This document shows positions 1 through 13,100 of a stretch of 64,000 nucleotides of DNA, piece by piece; position 1 is the first letter of the stretch; each line of letters starts with the position of its first letter. The stretch is from Paragordius varius. Its lineage: Eukaryota > Animalia > Nematomorpha. The DNA lies in NCBI GenBank assembly GCA_964247055.1, contig OZ176058.1, positions 4,774,001 through 4,838,000 of the forward strand. Direction: 5' to 3'. The notes below the pieces were generated by a model. The model was not told the origin of the DNA. It ran no database searches and was given only the letters and a program-made list of their open reading frames with translations. Position numbers and translations under genes: made by a program.

Positions 1-2520
1 GACACCTGCTTTGTATATTAGCCATTTATTATTGTTAGATACATTTTTATTTTTAAGGACAAATTTTAGGGAATTGACTTTACCCCATGCTTGTTGGATA
101 CGTTTCCGTATTGCTCCAGTTATATGACCTTTAGAGTCTATGACGTCTCCTAGGTATGTAAACTGGTCTACTTTTTCTATTGAGTTTTCGTCGATTGTCA
201 TATATGTCGAGTGTGTTTGGGTTGTATTATTGTTTTTACAGTTGTCACATTTAAAGTTTATTTGTTCGTTGAGTTTGCCGGTGATTTTGGAGCATTTTTT
301 GTGAACCCAGAATTTGCATTTGTTGCATTTTATTGAATTTGTTTTGACCTCTTTGTCGCAGATAGCGCATGGATATTTGGGGCGCTGCGTACGATCTCCT
401 GATATCATTATTTTTGTTTTATTAATATTTATTTTCAGCCCATGGTTCTCTAAACAGATTTTCCATGTTCTGAATTTGTTTGAGATGTTTTCCATTGAAG
501 TATCTGTTAAAACGATATCATCCGCGAAGATTAACTCCCAGGGCGGTTGAGTAGATATGTTTTTTGTTATACTGTCTAATATTATAATGAATAGTAATGG
601 ACTAAGTACAGACCCTTGGTGTAGGCCAGTGTTTGTCTTGAAAGGTTCCGTGTCTCCTATTTGCGTGCGTACCATTGTAGTTGTATTTTCATAAAGGAGT
701 AATATTATTTCTATTAGATATTCTTCGATGTAATTTTGTCTTAGGGCCCATTTAATTGTTGCCCTAGGAATATTATCAAAAGCTTTCTCCAGGTCTAGAA
801 ATATGTGGAAAAGTTTTTGATTTTTTGAAAGGTATTTTTCCTGTAGTTGCCTGATTATGAAGATGGCATCTGTAGTGCTGTGTTCTTTACGAAATGCAAA
901 CTGATTATTTGATATTGTAATGGTTTGTCTAAGGCGATTGTCAATGATGCTTTCAAATATTTTGAATGTGTGTTCTAAAAGTTTTAAGGGGCGGTATGAG
1001 GAGCAGACGAGACGATCCCCCTTATTTTTATATATAGGGATCGTTATACTTTTATTCCAGTCATGGGGAATTTCACGTTTGGTAAGAATTTCATTAAAAA
1101 AAGTTGTAAGGTAAGATGTTAAGCATGGTATTGGTTTAAGCAGATCGATTGATAGTTCGCTGGCACCTGACGACTTGTTTGGCTTCATTTTTTGTATTGC
1201 TTTTAATACTTCATTTTCTGTGATTTCGTGGATGGGTCCGCTCGTGGGTGGTTTTAGTGTTAAAGGGATTTTTAAATTGTTGGTTTGGTTCATTGATTTT
1301 TCTAAGCTTTCTTTCCATATCTTGATTACACTTTCTGGGTTAGAGATTATTTCATTCATATTGTTTTTTATACATTTGGTTTTAATGATGTCTTGTTTGT
1401 TTGAGTTTATATTCTTTATGTATTTAAAGATTTTTTTATTTTTAACCTGGTCCTCTAGTTTACTGGCCAGTTTTAGGCAATTTTCATTCATAGTTTTTCT
1501 AATTTCTTTCTGCGCTTTGTGTTTTGCGATGAGATATGTTTGTCTGTTTTTATCATTGCTATCCCTTTTCCATGCTTTGAAGGCGTCGTTTTTTTCTTTA
1601 GTAACCTCTTTTAATTCCTTTTTCCACCACCAATTTTTCTTTTTTCTATTGTATGGTTTGCATCTCCCACAAATATTATCTGCTGTTTTAACTATTGTTT
1701 TTAGGTTATCCCATCTTGAACCAATGGATTCATTGTTTTGCTGGAGCTTTTCGGATGCCTGGTTGATGTATTTGTTCCTGATTGTTTGATTTTGGAGTTT
1801 ATTGTGGTTGATTTTGGCAGGTCTTTGATATAAGGGTTTATTTTTTAGTTTTTTCAAGACTGCAATCACTATTTTGTGTTGAGTGAAGCTAGTTTGATGA
1901 GTTTTAATGTTAAGTAATTGTGGCCGTTTTATTTTAGGCAAAAGGATATAATCGATCATGGTAGATGAGTTTGCTGTTTGAAAAGTGGTAAGTTGATTGT
2001 GGTTTTTTGTGAAGTGGGTGTTGGCTATGATTAGTTGGTTTGCTTGGCAATATTCTAACATCTGTTCTCCCATCTTGTCAGTACTGCCATAGCCGTTTCC
2101 ACCATGGACTTCCCTGAAATCGTGTTCATTATTACTGATGTGACTATTGAAGTCACCTCCTAAGAAGATGGATTCCTTGCCTGGTATTGTATTTGTTAGA
2201 TCTTGGAGTTCCGTCCAAAATTGTTGTTTAATTTCGTCTTTTAAACCTGGTTGGGGCGCGTATATCGATATTATATTTAGGATGTAGTCATCGTGCAAAA
2301 CCTTAAGCTGTATTATTCTTTCATTGTGTCTCGTTACTTGGATAACGTTTTCGCGAAGACAATTTTTAATCGCTATTGCTACACCAGCCTGACCATTTTC
2401 TTGCCCTTGATAATAGAGTGTGTAATTGTTCGTGGTAATTAAGTTGTCTCCTTTTAATCTGGTTTCTTGTAAGCAGCAGATGTCGACATTCTTAGATTCG
2501 AGAAAATCAATTATCATGTA
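1..2520 (-). mobile_element. RTE-clade non-LTR retrotransposon, 5'-truncated inside the APE domain, running off the window start; lies in RNF121 intron 3
   Basis: Manual minus-strand translation from ATG 2517 to base 1: APE motifs (CCLQET, SIYAPQ, GGDFN, IDYI), RT motifs (YRPLKLL, DLEKAFD, QGSVLSPLLF, FADD, YLG) and a C4HC3 finger. No stop was seen, and the ORF track lists no minus ORF here, consistent with an open frame leaving the window. The N-terminal GTWN motif is missing and AT-rich host sequence starts abruptly at about 2521. Confidence 0.95.
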
Positions 2521-2579
2521 AAAAATATCAAATATCAAAAAAAACAATTTTTCTCAGATTTTTCATTTTTTACCCAAAA

Positions 2580-4241
2580 AAGTTTTAAAAAACTAAAAAT
2601 TTATATTAAAAAAATGGGTGTATTAGGTTTCAGGTGTTTTTGAATACTTAATTACAACTAATGAATTTTCATATCTTAGAATTTTAACTGTATTTTAAGT
2701 TTAAGATTATTTCAATTTTTTCGATTTTCAATATAGAAAATTTATTTACAATTTTTACTGTATTTAAAACATTTTATGAAATTTTTTTACATATTTTTCA
2801 AGTTTGGTTTAAAAAATTATTAATTTTACTATATTTTAAACTATTTTTTAGATTTGCTCAATTTTTAACAGTATTTTAAACTATTTTTTTCAGAAAATTA
2901 AAAAAAAAATAAAAAAACCATAAATTTATAAAATCTAATTCATAAACCTGGGTGTATTAGGTTTCAGGGGTTTTTGAATAGTTGCCCACAACATATAAAG
3001 AGTAATGATTAAATAATTTTTATATTTTCATATCTTATTTTTACTGTATTTTAAAAATAATTTTTCATTTTTTGAAAATTATAAAATAAAATATATAAAT
3101 TTTTTAATAAACACTATTTTAACACATTTTTTTTAAATTTTTCAATTTATACTGTATTTTATAGTAAATTTTTTAAGATATATAAATATCAATTTTAACC
3201 GTATTTAAACGTATTTTGTTTAATTTTAATATAAAAAACATAATTTTTTCGGTTATTACTGTATTTTACCCTATTTTTTTAAATTTAGTTAATTTTATTC
3301 AAAAAAAGTTTTAAAAAGTTTTAAAAATACTAAAAATTTATGAAATTTAATTAAAAACCTAGGTGTATTAGGTTTCAGAGGTTTTTGAATAGTTAACCCC
3401 AACATGTAAAGTGTAATGATTGAATATATTTTCAATTTTCTATATCTTACAATTTTTACTGTATTTTAAAGTAAATTTTTAAATTTTTTTTCCAATTTCA
3501 ATATATAAAATTTATTAATTTTGACAATTTTTACTGTATTTAAACACATTTTTTTGAACTTTTTTTACATTTTTTTTCAAGTTTGGTTTAAAATATTATT
3601 AATTTTACTATATTTCAAACTATTTTTTTTAAATTTTATAAATTTTAACATTTTTTTTCAAAAAAGTTTTAAAAAAACTAAAAATTTATAAAATTTAATT
3701 AAAAACCTGGGTGTATTAGGTTTCAGGGGTTTTTGAACAGTTAATCCCAACATGTAAAGTGTAATGATTGAATATATTTTTAATTTTCTATATCTTACAA
3801 TTTTTACTGTATTTTAAAGAAAATTTTCGAATATTTTTAAATTTCTTTATAAAAAATATATTAATATTTTCAATATTCACACTATTTAAACACATTTTTT
3901 AATATTTTTTCAGTTTTTACTGTATTTTAAAATAAAAAATATTCATTTTATCAGTTTTAACAGTATTTAAACACATTTTTTTAATTTTTTCAATTTTTAC
4001 CGTATTTTAAAGTAAATTTTTCAATTTTTTTAATTTTAACAGTATTTAAACATATTTTTTAAAATTTTAATATAAATTTTAAAAATTTTACTGTATTTTA
4101 AAGAAATTTTTTCAAATTTCAATATAAAAAAATATTACTAATTTTTTTAATATTTTTTCATTTTAAAACAATATTTAACACTATTTTTTAGATTTTTTCA
4201 TTTTTTCAAAAACTAAATATTTATAAAATTTAATTAAAAAC
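2580..4241 (-). repeat. Tandem array (4 copies, about 330-530 bp spacing) of the RNF121 exon 3 3' end plus donor
   Basis: The motif cctgggtgtattaggtttcag.ggtttttgaatagtt recurs at about 2615, 2946, 3357 and 3706; the true exon copy is at 4241. Confidence 0.9.
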
Positions 4242-7200
4242 CTGGGTGTATTAGGTTTCAGAGGTTTTTGAATAGTTAACCCCAACATGTAAAGTGTAAT
4301 GATTGAATAGATGGCGTGTATAATGACAAATCTCAGGTGATTTCTATAGAGAGAAATACAGAATGGTAAAATCCACATGGCTACACTTGTACACAGCTAA
4401 GGGGGGAGGAATTAAAAATTAAAAAAATTTAAAAATTTTAAAAGAAAAAATGTTAAAATTGATATTTTTAAAAGATATCAATAATTTTTTTTAAAAAAAA
4501 ATTTAAAAAATGATTAATTTTAATTAATATTTTTAAGGGAAAAAATGTTAAAAATGATTTAAAATTAAAAAAAATATTTTAAAATTGATATTCGTAAAGG
4601 ATTTCATTAAATTTTTTATAAATTTTGAAAAAAATTGTTGACAAAAATTTAAAGTTAGAAAATTTTTAAAAAAAAATCTGTAAAATTAAAGGAAAAATTT
4701 AAAAAATAATTCAAAAAAGGTTGTTTTCTAATATTTTGTAATTAATAAATATATAAATAATTAAATTTAATATTGAAAAAAATAAAATACAGGAATAAAA
4801 TTTTAATTTTTAAATATTTGGTAAAAAAATGTTTTTATTTGTCAAAAACACATGGTTTCTTCAGTATTTAATATAAAATTAATTTTAAAAAATATATGTG
4901 AAGTTATTGGAATTAGAAAAAATCACAAATAATTTCGTTAAAAAAATATAATTATATTTGATTAAAAATCTAATTCTCATTAATTAAATAAATTTATATA
5001 CTTATATAAACTAATATTATAAAAAGACAAAAAAAACAGATTTTTAACAAAAATTATAAAAACTTATAAAATATAAAGACAAACATTTTTTTCTAAAAAA
5101 CCAGCCATACTTTTAAATCTTGATTTTTTTTCAATATAACTCATTTTTAAACTGCAAAATACGAATTTGATATATTTATATATCGATAAAACAATTAATT
5201 TAATATTTTACAAATTGTAATTAAAAATAATTTATAAAGGAAAAATTAGGGTTTTAAAAAATTGAAAAAAATATATGGTTATCTTTATTTTTAGATTTTG
5301 TCCTTACGTATAATTTAAATTTTCACTGTAAAATAAATTAATATAAAAATAATTCAACAAAACTTAATTTTACCATAAATTTTTAAATTAAATAAATATT
5401 TATTTAAAAAAATCGATTTTTAACCTTACAAATTTAAATTAGTATAAAAATTTTTCAAAAAAATTGGATTTTTAACATAAATTTTTAAATTATTTTTTTA
5501 ACCTAACAAATTTAAATTTGATATAAAAATATTTAAAATAAAAATATGATTTTTAACCTAACAAATTTAAAAATTAAAATAAAAATATTTACGAAAAATT
5601 TGATTTTAAACAAAAATTAACCTAACAAATTTAAATAAATATAAAAACTTTGGAAAAATTTGTTTTTAACCCTATAAATTTAATTTAATATAAAAATAAT
5701 AAAAAAAAACTTGATTTTTAACCTTACAAATTTAAATTAATATAAAAAAAATTTAAAAAAACTTAAATTTTAACATCAATTATTAAATTATTTTATTAAC
5801 CTAACAAATTTAAATTTGATATAGAAATATTTAAAATAAAAATTTGTTTTAACCTAACAAATTTAAAATTAAAATAAAAATGTTTACGAAAAATCTGATT
5901 TTTAACAAAAATTAACCTAACAAATTTAAATTAATATAAAAATATTTAAAAATCGATTTTTAACATATAAATTATTTAAAAATTTTTAAAAAAATAAAAA
6001 TGATATTTAACATAAAAAATTACAAAAATTTGAATTTTTAAAATCAAAATTAGATTTATTGCAAATCAAAATTTGATTTTTAACATAAATTTGAAATAAT
6101 TTTCGAAATCAAAAAAGATTATAAATGTTTTATTTAAAAATTATAATGTAAAAAAATATTTTAAAAAATCGATTAACATATAAATTAATTTTAAATATAA
6201 ATCATTTTAAAATCGAAATTCTCTCACCTGATATGATTAATATAAAAAATATAATTTTAATATTAAAAATATTAATTTATAAAATATTTAATTTTTTTTT
6301 AAATTTTTTAGATCTTAATTTAAAGTCTCACCTGATATGATTTAATAATAAATCAAAATATTATTTTTTATTGCTAAAACAAACATTATAAATAATTGAT
6401 TTCTAAATATAAAACAGGAAAAATTTAATTTTTAAATTTAATTTATAAAGTATTAAAATTTCAAATTTAAATGTTAAAATCAAATTAAATAATTCTCTCA
6501 ATATTTCTCTCACCTGATATGATTTAAATTAATATAAATAAATTTTTTTTATAAATTAGATTTTTAACAAAAATTAGATTATTTTAAATTTTTAAAATCA
6601 AAATTAAATTTTTGTCACTAATATGATTTAAATCTAAAAATAATTTGATAAAAATTAATAAATTTTAATTTTTTAAAAAATAAAAATGATACTCAACATA
6701 AAAATTACAAATTTTAAAAAAAACTTGATTTTTAACAAAAATTTTAAATTTAATTTATAAATTTAAATTATAAATTTAATTTATAAACATAAATTTAATT
6801 TTTTAAAATAAAATTATTGTCTCACCTGATATGATTTAATAGCGGTTCGCCTCCAAAGAAATAAAATTATTTGAGCCGTAACCATGACAAGCACAATAAT
6901 GGCCATCATTTGGGAATGCATCTTTTCATGTCCGCCATGTTCAATATGCCAATTCTCCTGAGAATTTCTAAGATTTAAGTTTAAAAGTTTAGAAATTTAG
7001 AATAAATTTTGTTTGTGAATTTATTAAGAAAAAATTGAAATTAGTTTAACAAAAGAAGTTAAAAAAAGCTTTTTTTGCAAAAACTGTTGTAATTTACATA
7101 TAATTGATGGATTAAAACTGCAAAGTATAAATAAAATTAGTTACAGTAACAATTTATTTAACAAATGCAATCAAATAGTTGAAATAAAAAAAATAAGGTT

Positions 7201-7346
7201 TAGAAAAGTATAGCGGTATTTTGATATAAAAATTTGAATTTATAGAGTTTTGTCTTTATTATTTTTATTTTTACTTTAGTTATGGTTTAATCTTACGTAG
7301 ATTCCGTTGAAGGCGAATTGGATAAATTTAGATGAGAAAAGGCCAT
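4242..7346 (-). CDS. RNF121: RING finger protein 121/175-family membrane E3 ligase, exons 1-3 (the rest lies left of the window)
   Basis: Exons 7346-7297, 6967-6826 and 4396-4242, with GT-AG introns in compatible phases (2, 0). Translation MAFSHLNLSNSPSTESTNSQENWHIEHGGHEKMHSQMMAIIVLVMVTAQIILFLWRRTAIKSYQLCTSVAMWILPFCISLYRNHLRFVIIHAIYSIITLYMLGLTIQKPLKPNTPR matches the recalled RNF121 N-terminus (H.GHE.MH..M, W......SY, MW..P, KPL...TPR). Confidence 0.92.
5330..6825. repeat. AT-rich minisatellite (aacctaacaaatttaaatt units), then four copies of the RNF121 exon 2 donor junction
   Basis: aacctaacaaattt repeats at about 5350-5950; ctcacctgatatgattt at about 6224, 6326, 6509 and (degenerate) 6615, versus the true junction at 6821. 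Confidence 0.85.
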
Positions 7347-7734
7347 GTGTTTTATTGGTTAATAAATGTGGTACAGTTGATTAAATATTTTTAATAAACG
7401 GATAAAATAATTTTATTAAAGCTTTTTATAAAGCTGTGCTTATAATTATTTTCAAAAAAATTCCTCCAATTTTTATGTCATATCTAACATTAAAAATATC
7501 ATTCCTGTCAAGAAAAACTAACCCATAATTGACCTATGCAAAAGAATTAGACTTTTTGAGCCATTTAAGTATTTATATGTGATGTATTTTCTAATATAAG
7601 TAAGTCTTTTTTATTAAAATTCTTTAAAAAAGAGTAAATTTTTTGATAATTAAATGGAAAATTTGCAACAAATCATATAATTTCTAGATAGCCTATTATC
7701 TAATACATTTTCTTATCAAAAATATATTATACAT

Positions 7735-8250
7735 TTGGATACAAAACATTCATTTGAGTCCTTTGATTCGAATTGATACCTTAGGCCTGTTAAAAATCAA
7801 AAATTCTATAAAAAATATAGAAGGAATCAAAAACTGGCAAAATTTTACTTATATAACATAATAAAAAGAAATTTATGAAAATTTTATTCAAAGTACTTGA
7901 TATTAGTTATTTTGAGCTGGAACTTTAGGTAAGTATTTAGTCAATATGACATGTGTGCAATGGTAACATAGAAAAATAATACAAATTAAACCACCTCTAT
8001 TTATTTTAAAGTTAGATGCAATTTAAATACTTAGCTTTATTTTACCCTTAAAACTTAACGAAAATGATATTTTGCAAAAATTTTGTAAATGGCCTTGAAG
8101 TAGTTTGACATAAAACTTTTTTTTAAAACGAAATTTTAGTCGGATGTATTAGCATATTTATATAATTTTTAATCAATTTAAATTAAGATCGATTCTTTCA
8201 GTAGTTTCTTAATCCTAACTTAAATATAGTCTGAGGTATTTAGATATTCC
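7735..8250. mobile_element. Decayed copy of the TTAA-type MITE found at 46149 and 47370
   Basis: Colinear similarity to 47370-47920 (ttggatacaa..catt..agtcctt.gattc; aggcctgtt.aaaatcaa; gaagtagtttga; agtctg.ggtatttagata). Confidence 0.7.
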
Positions 8251-8542
8251 ATTTTTAATTGAAGTTATATTAAAACATTTATAACAATGCGTAAATTTTT
8301 TGATCATTCTATGATGAATTCCTACAAATTCCAATAATTTTTAAATAGCTCAATAATTCTGATGCATTTTCCTAACAAATATATTCATTAAATAAGGACA
8401 TTTTCACTATGGGTTAGAATGATTAGCCAGATAGAAGTTTTAATTTATATATTTCAACTATATCTATATTTAACCTATATATTTATATATACTGGTATTT
8501 AAAAAATGTTAATTTTTCAATTTTAACGCATTTGTTTTATGC

Positions 8543-10043
8543 ATGAATGATGATTCGGACACCAGTGATGAGGACTATGTTCCCAAAATCAAAACGGTTG
8601 AAAAGTATTATTTCTGTGTTCTAATATTAGGAAAAAATCTGAAACCAAAATACCGCATGATAAAAATATAAAATCTGATGTTTGGAAAAAATTTACCGAA
8701 TTAAATGGGTAAGTAATTATAAATTTTAAATTATTTTATTTTATCATCAGTTTTTAAAAGGGATGAAAAGTTAATATTAAAGGCTATACTTTGGAAAATA
8801 TTTTTTATAACAATTGATATCTAATTTTATTTCACCTATAAAATGCTACATTTTACCAATTTGCATCGAAATTTGCTCCGAATATTATAAATAAAATCAA
8901 TGTAATATCCTTTAAATATATTTGCTTTTTTGTGTAATTTTTTAAATTGCGCATATCCTCCATATTTTGCCCCATTAAACGATAAGTTTTAATTTAATAA
9001 TTCATCATTCACAAATATATTTCCTTTAGTGTTTAATCAATACTGTATACAATAATAGTACTAATATAAGCCATAAAAACCCTAAACAAATATATATTTT
9101 TTCTAAAATATAGCCATACCATACTTTTTACATCTTTGAAATATTTTATGGTTTTGGCTTAGCTAGCAGGTAATTGAAATGTAAATTGGTAATGCACTAA
9201 ATTATATAATTTCTAATATTTTTATATAGTGAAATTTAGGTTTAAAAAGTATATACTTTTGAAATATATTTCTGTATTTTACGTCTCTTAATTTGGTCAG
9301 ACAGAACGATTAGTTATTATTAAAATTCAGTTTTATAAACAAATGTTAGTTTTCTTTGTACATTTTTACAGTAAAAATTAAAATTTTACGGACTAAACCT
9401 AAAAATTTAAAGACAAATGTGTATTTTTTAAAAGACATTTAAACTTTATTTTTATATGGTTGTTTTTTAGAAAATTCTTTATATTTTATTTTTTCCGTAT
9501 ATTATCAGTGTTTACTGTACTTTTATTTATTATCAACCCAAAATTTTTAGAAAATCAAGTTTTTTAAATAATTGTCTTTTAGTTTTCAGATATTGCTTAT
9601 AAATAATTATATATTTTTTGCTTATTAGCCAAGACCTAAAAAATCCCAAAGACAACGAAAAAGTTCTCAAAGATCAACAAACTAAACCCAATTCATGTAA
9701 AAAGAAAAAATGTGATGATAATAATACTTTATTTGCTAATAATCATCATAAAAATAGCTGCCTTTCTTCATCAAAATCATCAAGCAATAGTTTATTAGGG
9801 CATTTTGACAACTACTGTACGACAAAGAAAAAAACGTCAACAGTGTTAAGTATGACACAATCGAGTTGGTCTCACCTACAAAATAATATTGAATCAATTG
9901 AGGGCATTAATAAGCAAGAGTTTTCGAATGATCTCGAAAGATTTACCAAGAGTAAGGGCAGTGCCGTTGGTCAACTTCAATTTTTAGCCACGGTTGATAA
10001 ACTTAGTCATCAAGCAGACCTTAAAACAAAACGAAAATTGTGA
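8543..10043 (+). CDS. CFDP1: Craniofacial development protein 1 / BCNT / Swc5 homolog, 184 aa, 3 exons
   Basis: Exons 8543-8604, 8631-8708 and 9629-10043; introns of 26 nt and 920 nt, both GT-AG with matching phase 2. Acidic N-terminus DDSDTSDEDYVP; the C-terminus KKKTSTVLSMTQSSW...IEGI...LERFTKSKGSAVGQLQFLATVD matches the recalled BCNT-C domain pattern. Confidence 0.85.
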
Positions 10044-10119
10044 TAAATAAATTAATTATATTAAGTTTTAAGAGAAAGTTTATGAAGCCCAGTAAAATTT
10101 ATAAAAAGACAAAGCAGAA

Positions 10120-13100
10120 AGAGTAAATATTTGTTAACAGTTATCGATTGAAGGGTTAACACCAAAAGTTATCATATGATTAAAAGTAGCAAAGAATTAT
10201 CGAATGATCTCGAAAGATTTACTAAAAGTAAGGGCAGTTCCGTTGGTCAACTTCAATTTTTGGCCAAGGTTGATACACTTAGTCATCAAGCAGAGCTTAG
10301 AACAAAACGAAAATTGTGATTGAAAGTCTTGAAAAATAAATTAGGCTTTTGAAATGTATTAAAATTATTTAAGGACAAAACAGAACAAGTAATATTTGTT
10401 GACAGTTATTGATTAAAGGGATTAACATAAGGATGGGGTCAATTTATTAGTCACAGTGGATACACTTATTAGTTATCAAGCAGTCCTTAAAACAAAACAG
10501 GAATCGTGAAATAATATTGAGTAGAGGATAGAATTCGCTATATAACCCAAAAAACATTACACAGCAGAAAAAGTAAGTTTAAAAAGGGTCAATTGAAGGG
10601 GTTAACATATAAAAGTTATCATATGATTTGAAAATTATTAATAGTATGTCTATATAGCTGAAGTTGATACACTTACATGAAGCACTTGAAATTTAATAAA
10701 ATTTTAATATATATATCAATCATAAAATGAAGTTTTATTGTTTGCTAAAACACAGTAAATATAAAAGCAAAGCAGAAAATATTTCAATTTTTATTATAAA
10801 AAGGGATTAACAAAATTGTCAAATGATGAATAATTTACTAATTATATACAAAGTGTGGTTGGTCAACGTTAATTTTTAGCCTAAAATGTATTTTAAATTT
10901 TTCAAATATATATCTCCATTTTTAAAAGGAATAAAAAAGTTATTATATTAATAAAAGGCCACACTCTGTTAAATATATTTTTAGCAATTGATAAGTTTTT
11001 TACCTTTAAAATGCTAAATTTTATCAATTTATATCGCAATTACTTATTTTGCTCCAAAATTAAAAATAAAATAGATGAAATGCCTTTTTTTAAATATTTG
11101 CTTTTTCGTTTATATAATTTAAACAATTTCCTGCATATATCTTTATTATTTTGCCACCTCAAACGATAAATTTTAATCATGATTTACAAATATTTTCCTT
11201 TATTGATTAATTGATACTATATACAGTATATGTACTAATATAAGGCATGAAAACTTTAAACAAATATAATTTTTCTAAACCTAATTTCGAAATACTTTAT
11301 TTTCGCTTGCCGAACGGGTAATAGATATGTTAATTGGTAATGCATTCAATATGTAATATTTTTATACTGAAAAAATTAAGTCTTAAAAAGATTCGTTTAC
11401 TTTTGAATGTCTTTTAGTTTCAACATATGCTCTTTTTACTCACATCTCTTAATTTGGTAACACAAAACGATCATTTATTAAAAATGAAATTTTTATAGTT
11501 AGATGTCTTTTTAACTATTGTGTTGAATTTTTTAACTTTCTTATTATTTTAGCAACCCCAAAATTTATAAAAACATTCGAATATTCATAAATATTTGTCT
11601 TTTAATTTTTTAATATTGCTTGTACATAATTTCATTTTAACTATTGCTTTTTATTACCCAGACCTAAAAAATCCCAAAGACAACGAAAAAGTTCTCAAAG
11701 ATCAACAAACTAAACCCGCTTCAAATGTTGTCCCCTGTAAAAGGAAAAAATGTGATGATGGTAATACTTTATTTGCCAATAATAATCATCATAAAAATAG
11801 CTGCCTTTCTTTAACAAAATCATCAAACAATAGTTTATTACAGCATTTTGACAACTTCTGTACGACAAAGAAAAAAACATCAACAGTGCTAAGTATGACA
11901 CAATCGAGTTGGTCTCACCTACAAAATAATATTGAGTCAATTGAGGGCATTAATAAGCAAGAGTTTTCGAATGATCTCGAAAGATTTACTAAGAGTAAGG
12001 GCAGTGCGGTTGGTCAACTTCAATTTTTAGCCAAGGTTGATAGACTTAGTCATCAAGCCGACCTTAGAACAAAACGAAAATTGTGACAAATAAATAAATG
12101 AAATATATTAAGTTTTAAAGAGATTAATTTTATATAATCCAGTAAAAAATTATAGAAAGACAAAACAGAAAAAGTAAGTATAAAACACACATTTTCAATT
12201 GAGGGTATTAACAAACAAAAGTTATCATATGATTATAAGTAGCAAAGAGTTATCGAATGATCTGGAATGATTTACTAAAAGTAAGGGGAGTGCCGTCGGT
12301 CAACTTCAATTTTTAGCCAAGATTGATAGACTTAGCCCTCAAGCTGATCTTAGAACAAAACGAAAATTGTGATTGATAAATAAATGAATTATAATAAGTC
12401 TTAAAAGTAAAAATTTATATAAAGACAAAACAGAAAAAGTAATTGTATACAACACAATTTTCAATTGAGGCTATTAAACAAAAGTTATTATATGATTAAA
12501 AGCAAAGAATTATCGAATGATCTTGAAAGATTCACTAAAAGTAAGGGCAATGCGGTTGGTCAACTTCAATTTTTAGCCAAGGTTGATAAACTTAGCCATC
12601 AAGCCGACCTTAGAACAAAACGAAAATTGTGATTGATAAATAAATGAATTATATTGAGTCTTAAAAGTATAAATTTTATTTAAAGACAAAACAGAAAAAG
12701 TAAAAAACAATATTGAGTCAATCGTGAAAGGGTTATCACACAAAAGTTATCATATGATTATAAGTTGAAAAAAGTTATCGAATGATCTCGAAAGATTTAC
12801 AAAAAGTAAGGGCAGTGCCGTCGGTCAACTTCAATTTTTAGCCAAGGTTGATAGACTTAGTCATCAAGCAGATCTTAGGACAAAACGAAAATTGTGACAA
12901 ATAAATAAATAATATTGAGTCTTAAAAGTAAAAATTTATATAAAGAGAAAACAGTAAAAGTAAAAAACAATATTGAGTCAATCGTGAAAGGGTTATCACA
13001 CAAAAGTTATCATATGATTATAAGTTGAAAAAGTTAACGAATCATCTGGAAAGATTTATGAAAAGTAAGGGAAGTGCAGTTGGTCAACTTCAATTTTTAG

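Noticed and set aside
314-1789. Plus-strand ORFs of 64-204 aa (also 56719-59994)
   Set aside because: Antisense shadows of the RTE ORFs; hydrophobic because they mirror K/N-rich codons.
7301-7370. Plus-strand peptide IPLKANWINLDEKRPCVLLVNKC resembling a Rab G4 motif
   Set aside because: Preceded by an in-frame TAG, no other GTPase motifs nearby, and the minus strand gives a phase-consistent RNF121 exon 1.
8670-8708. KSDVWKKF resembling the start of a BED finger (hAT transposase)
   Set aside because: No following CxxC/HxxxxH; the exon splices into a BCNT-C domain.
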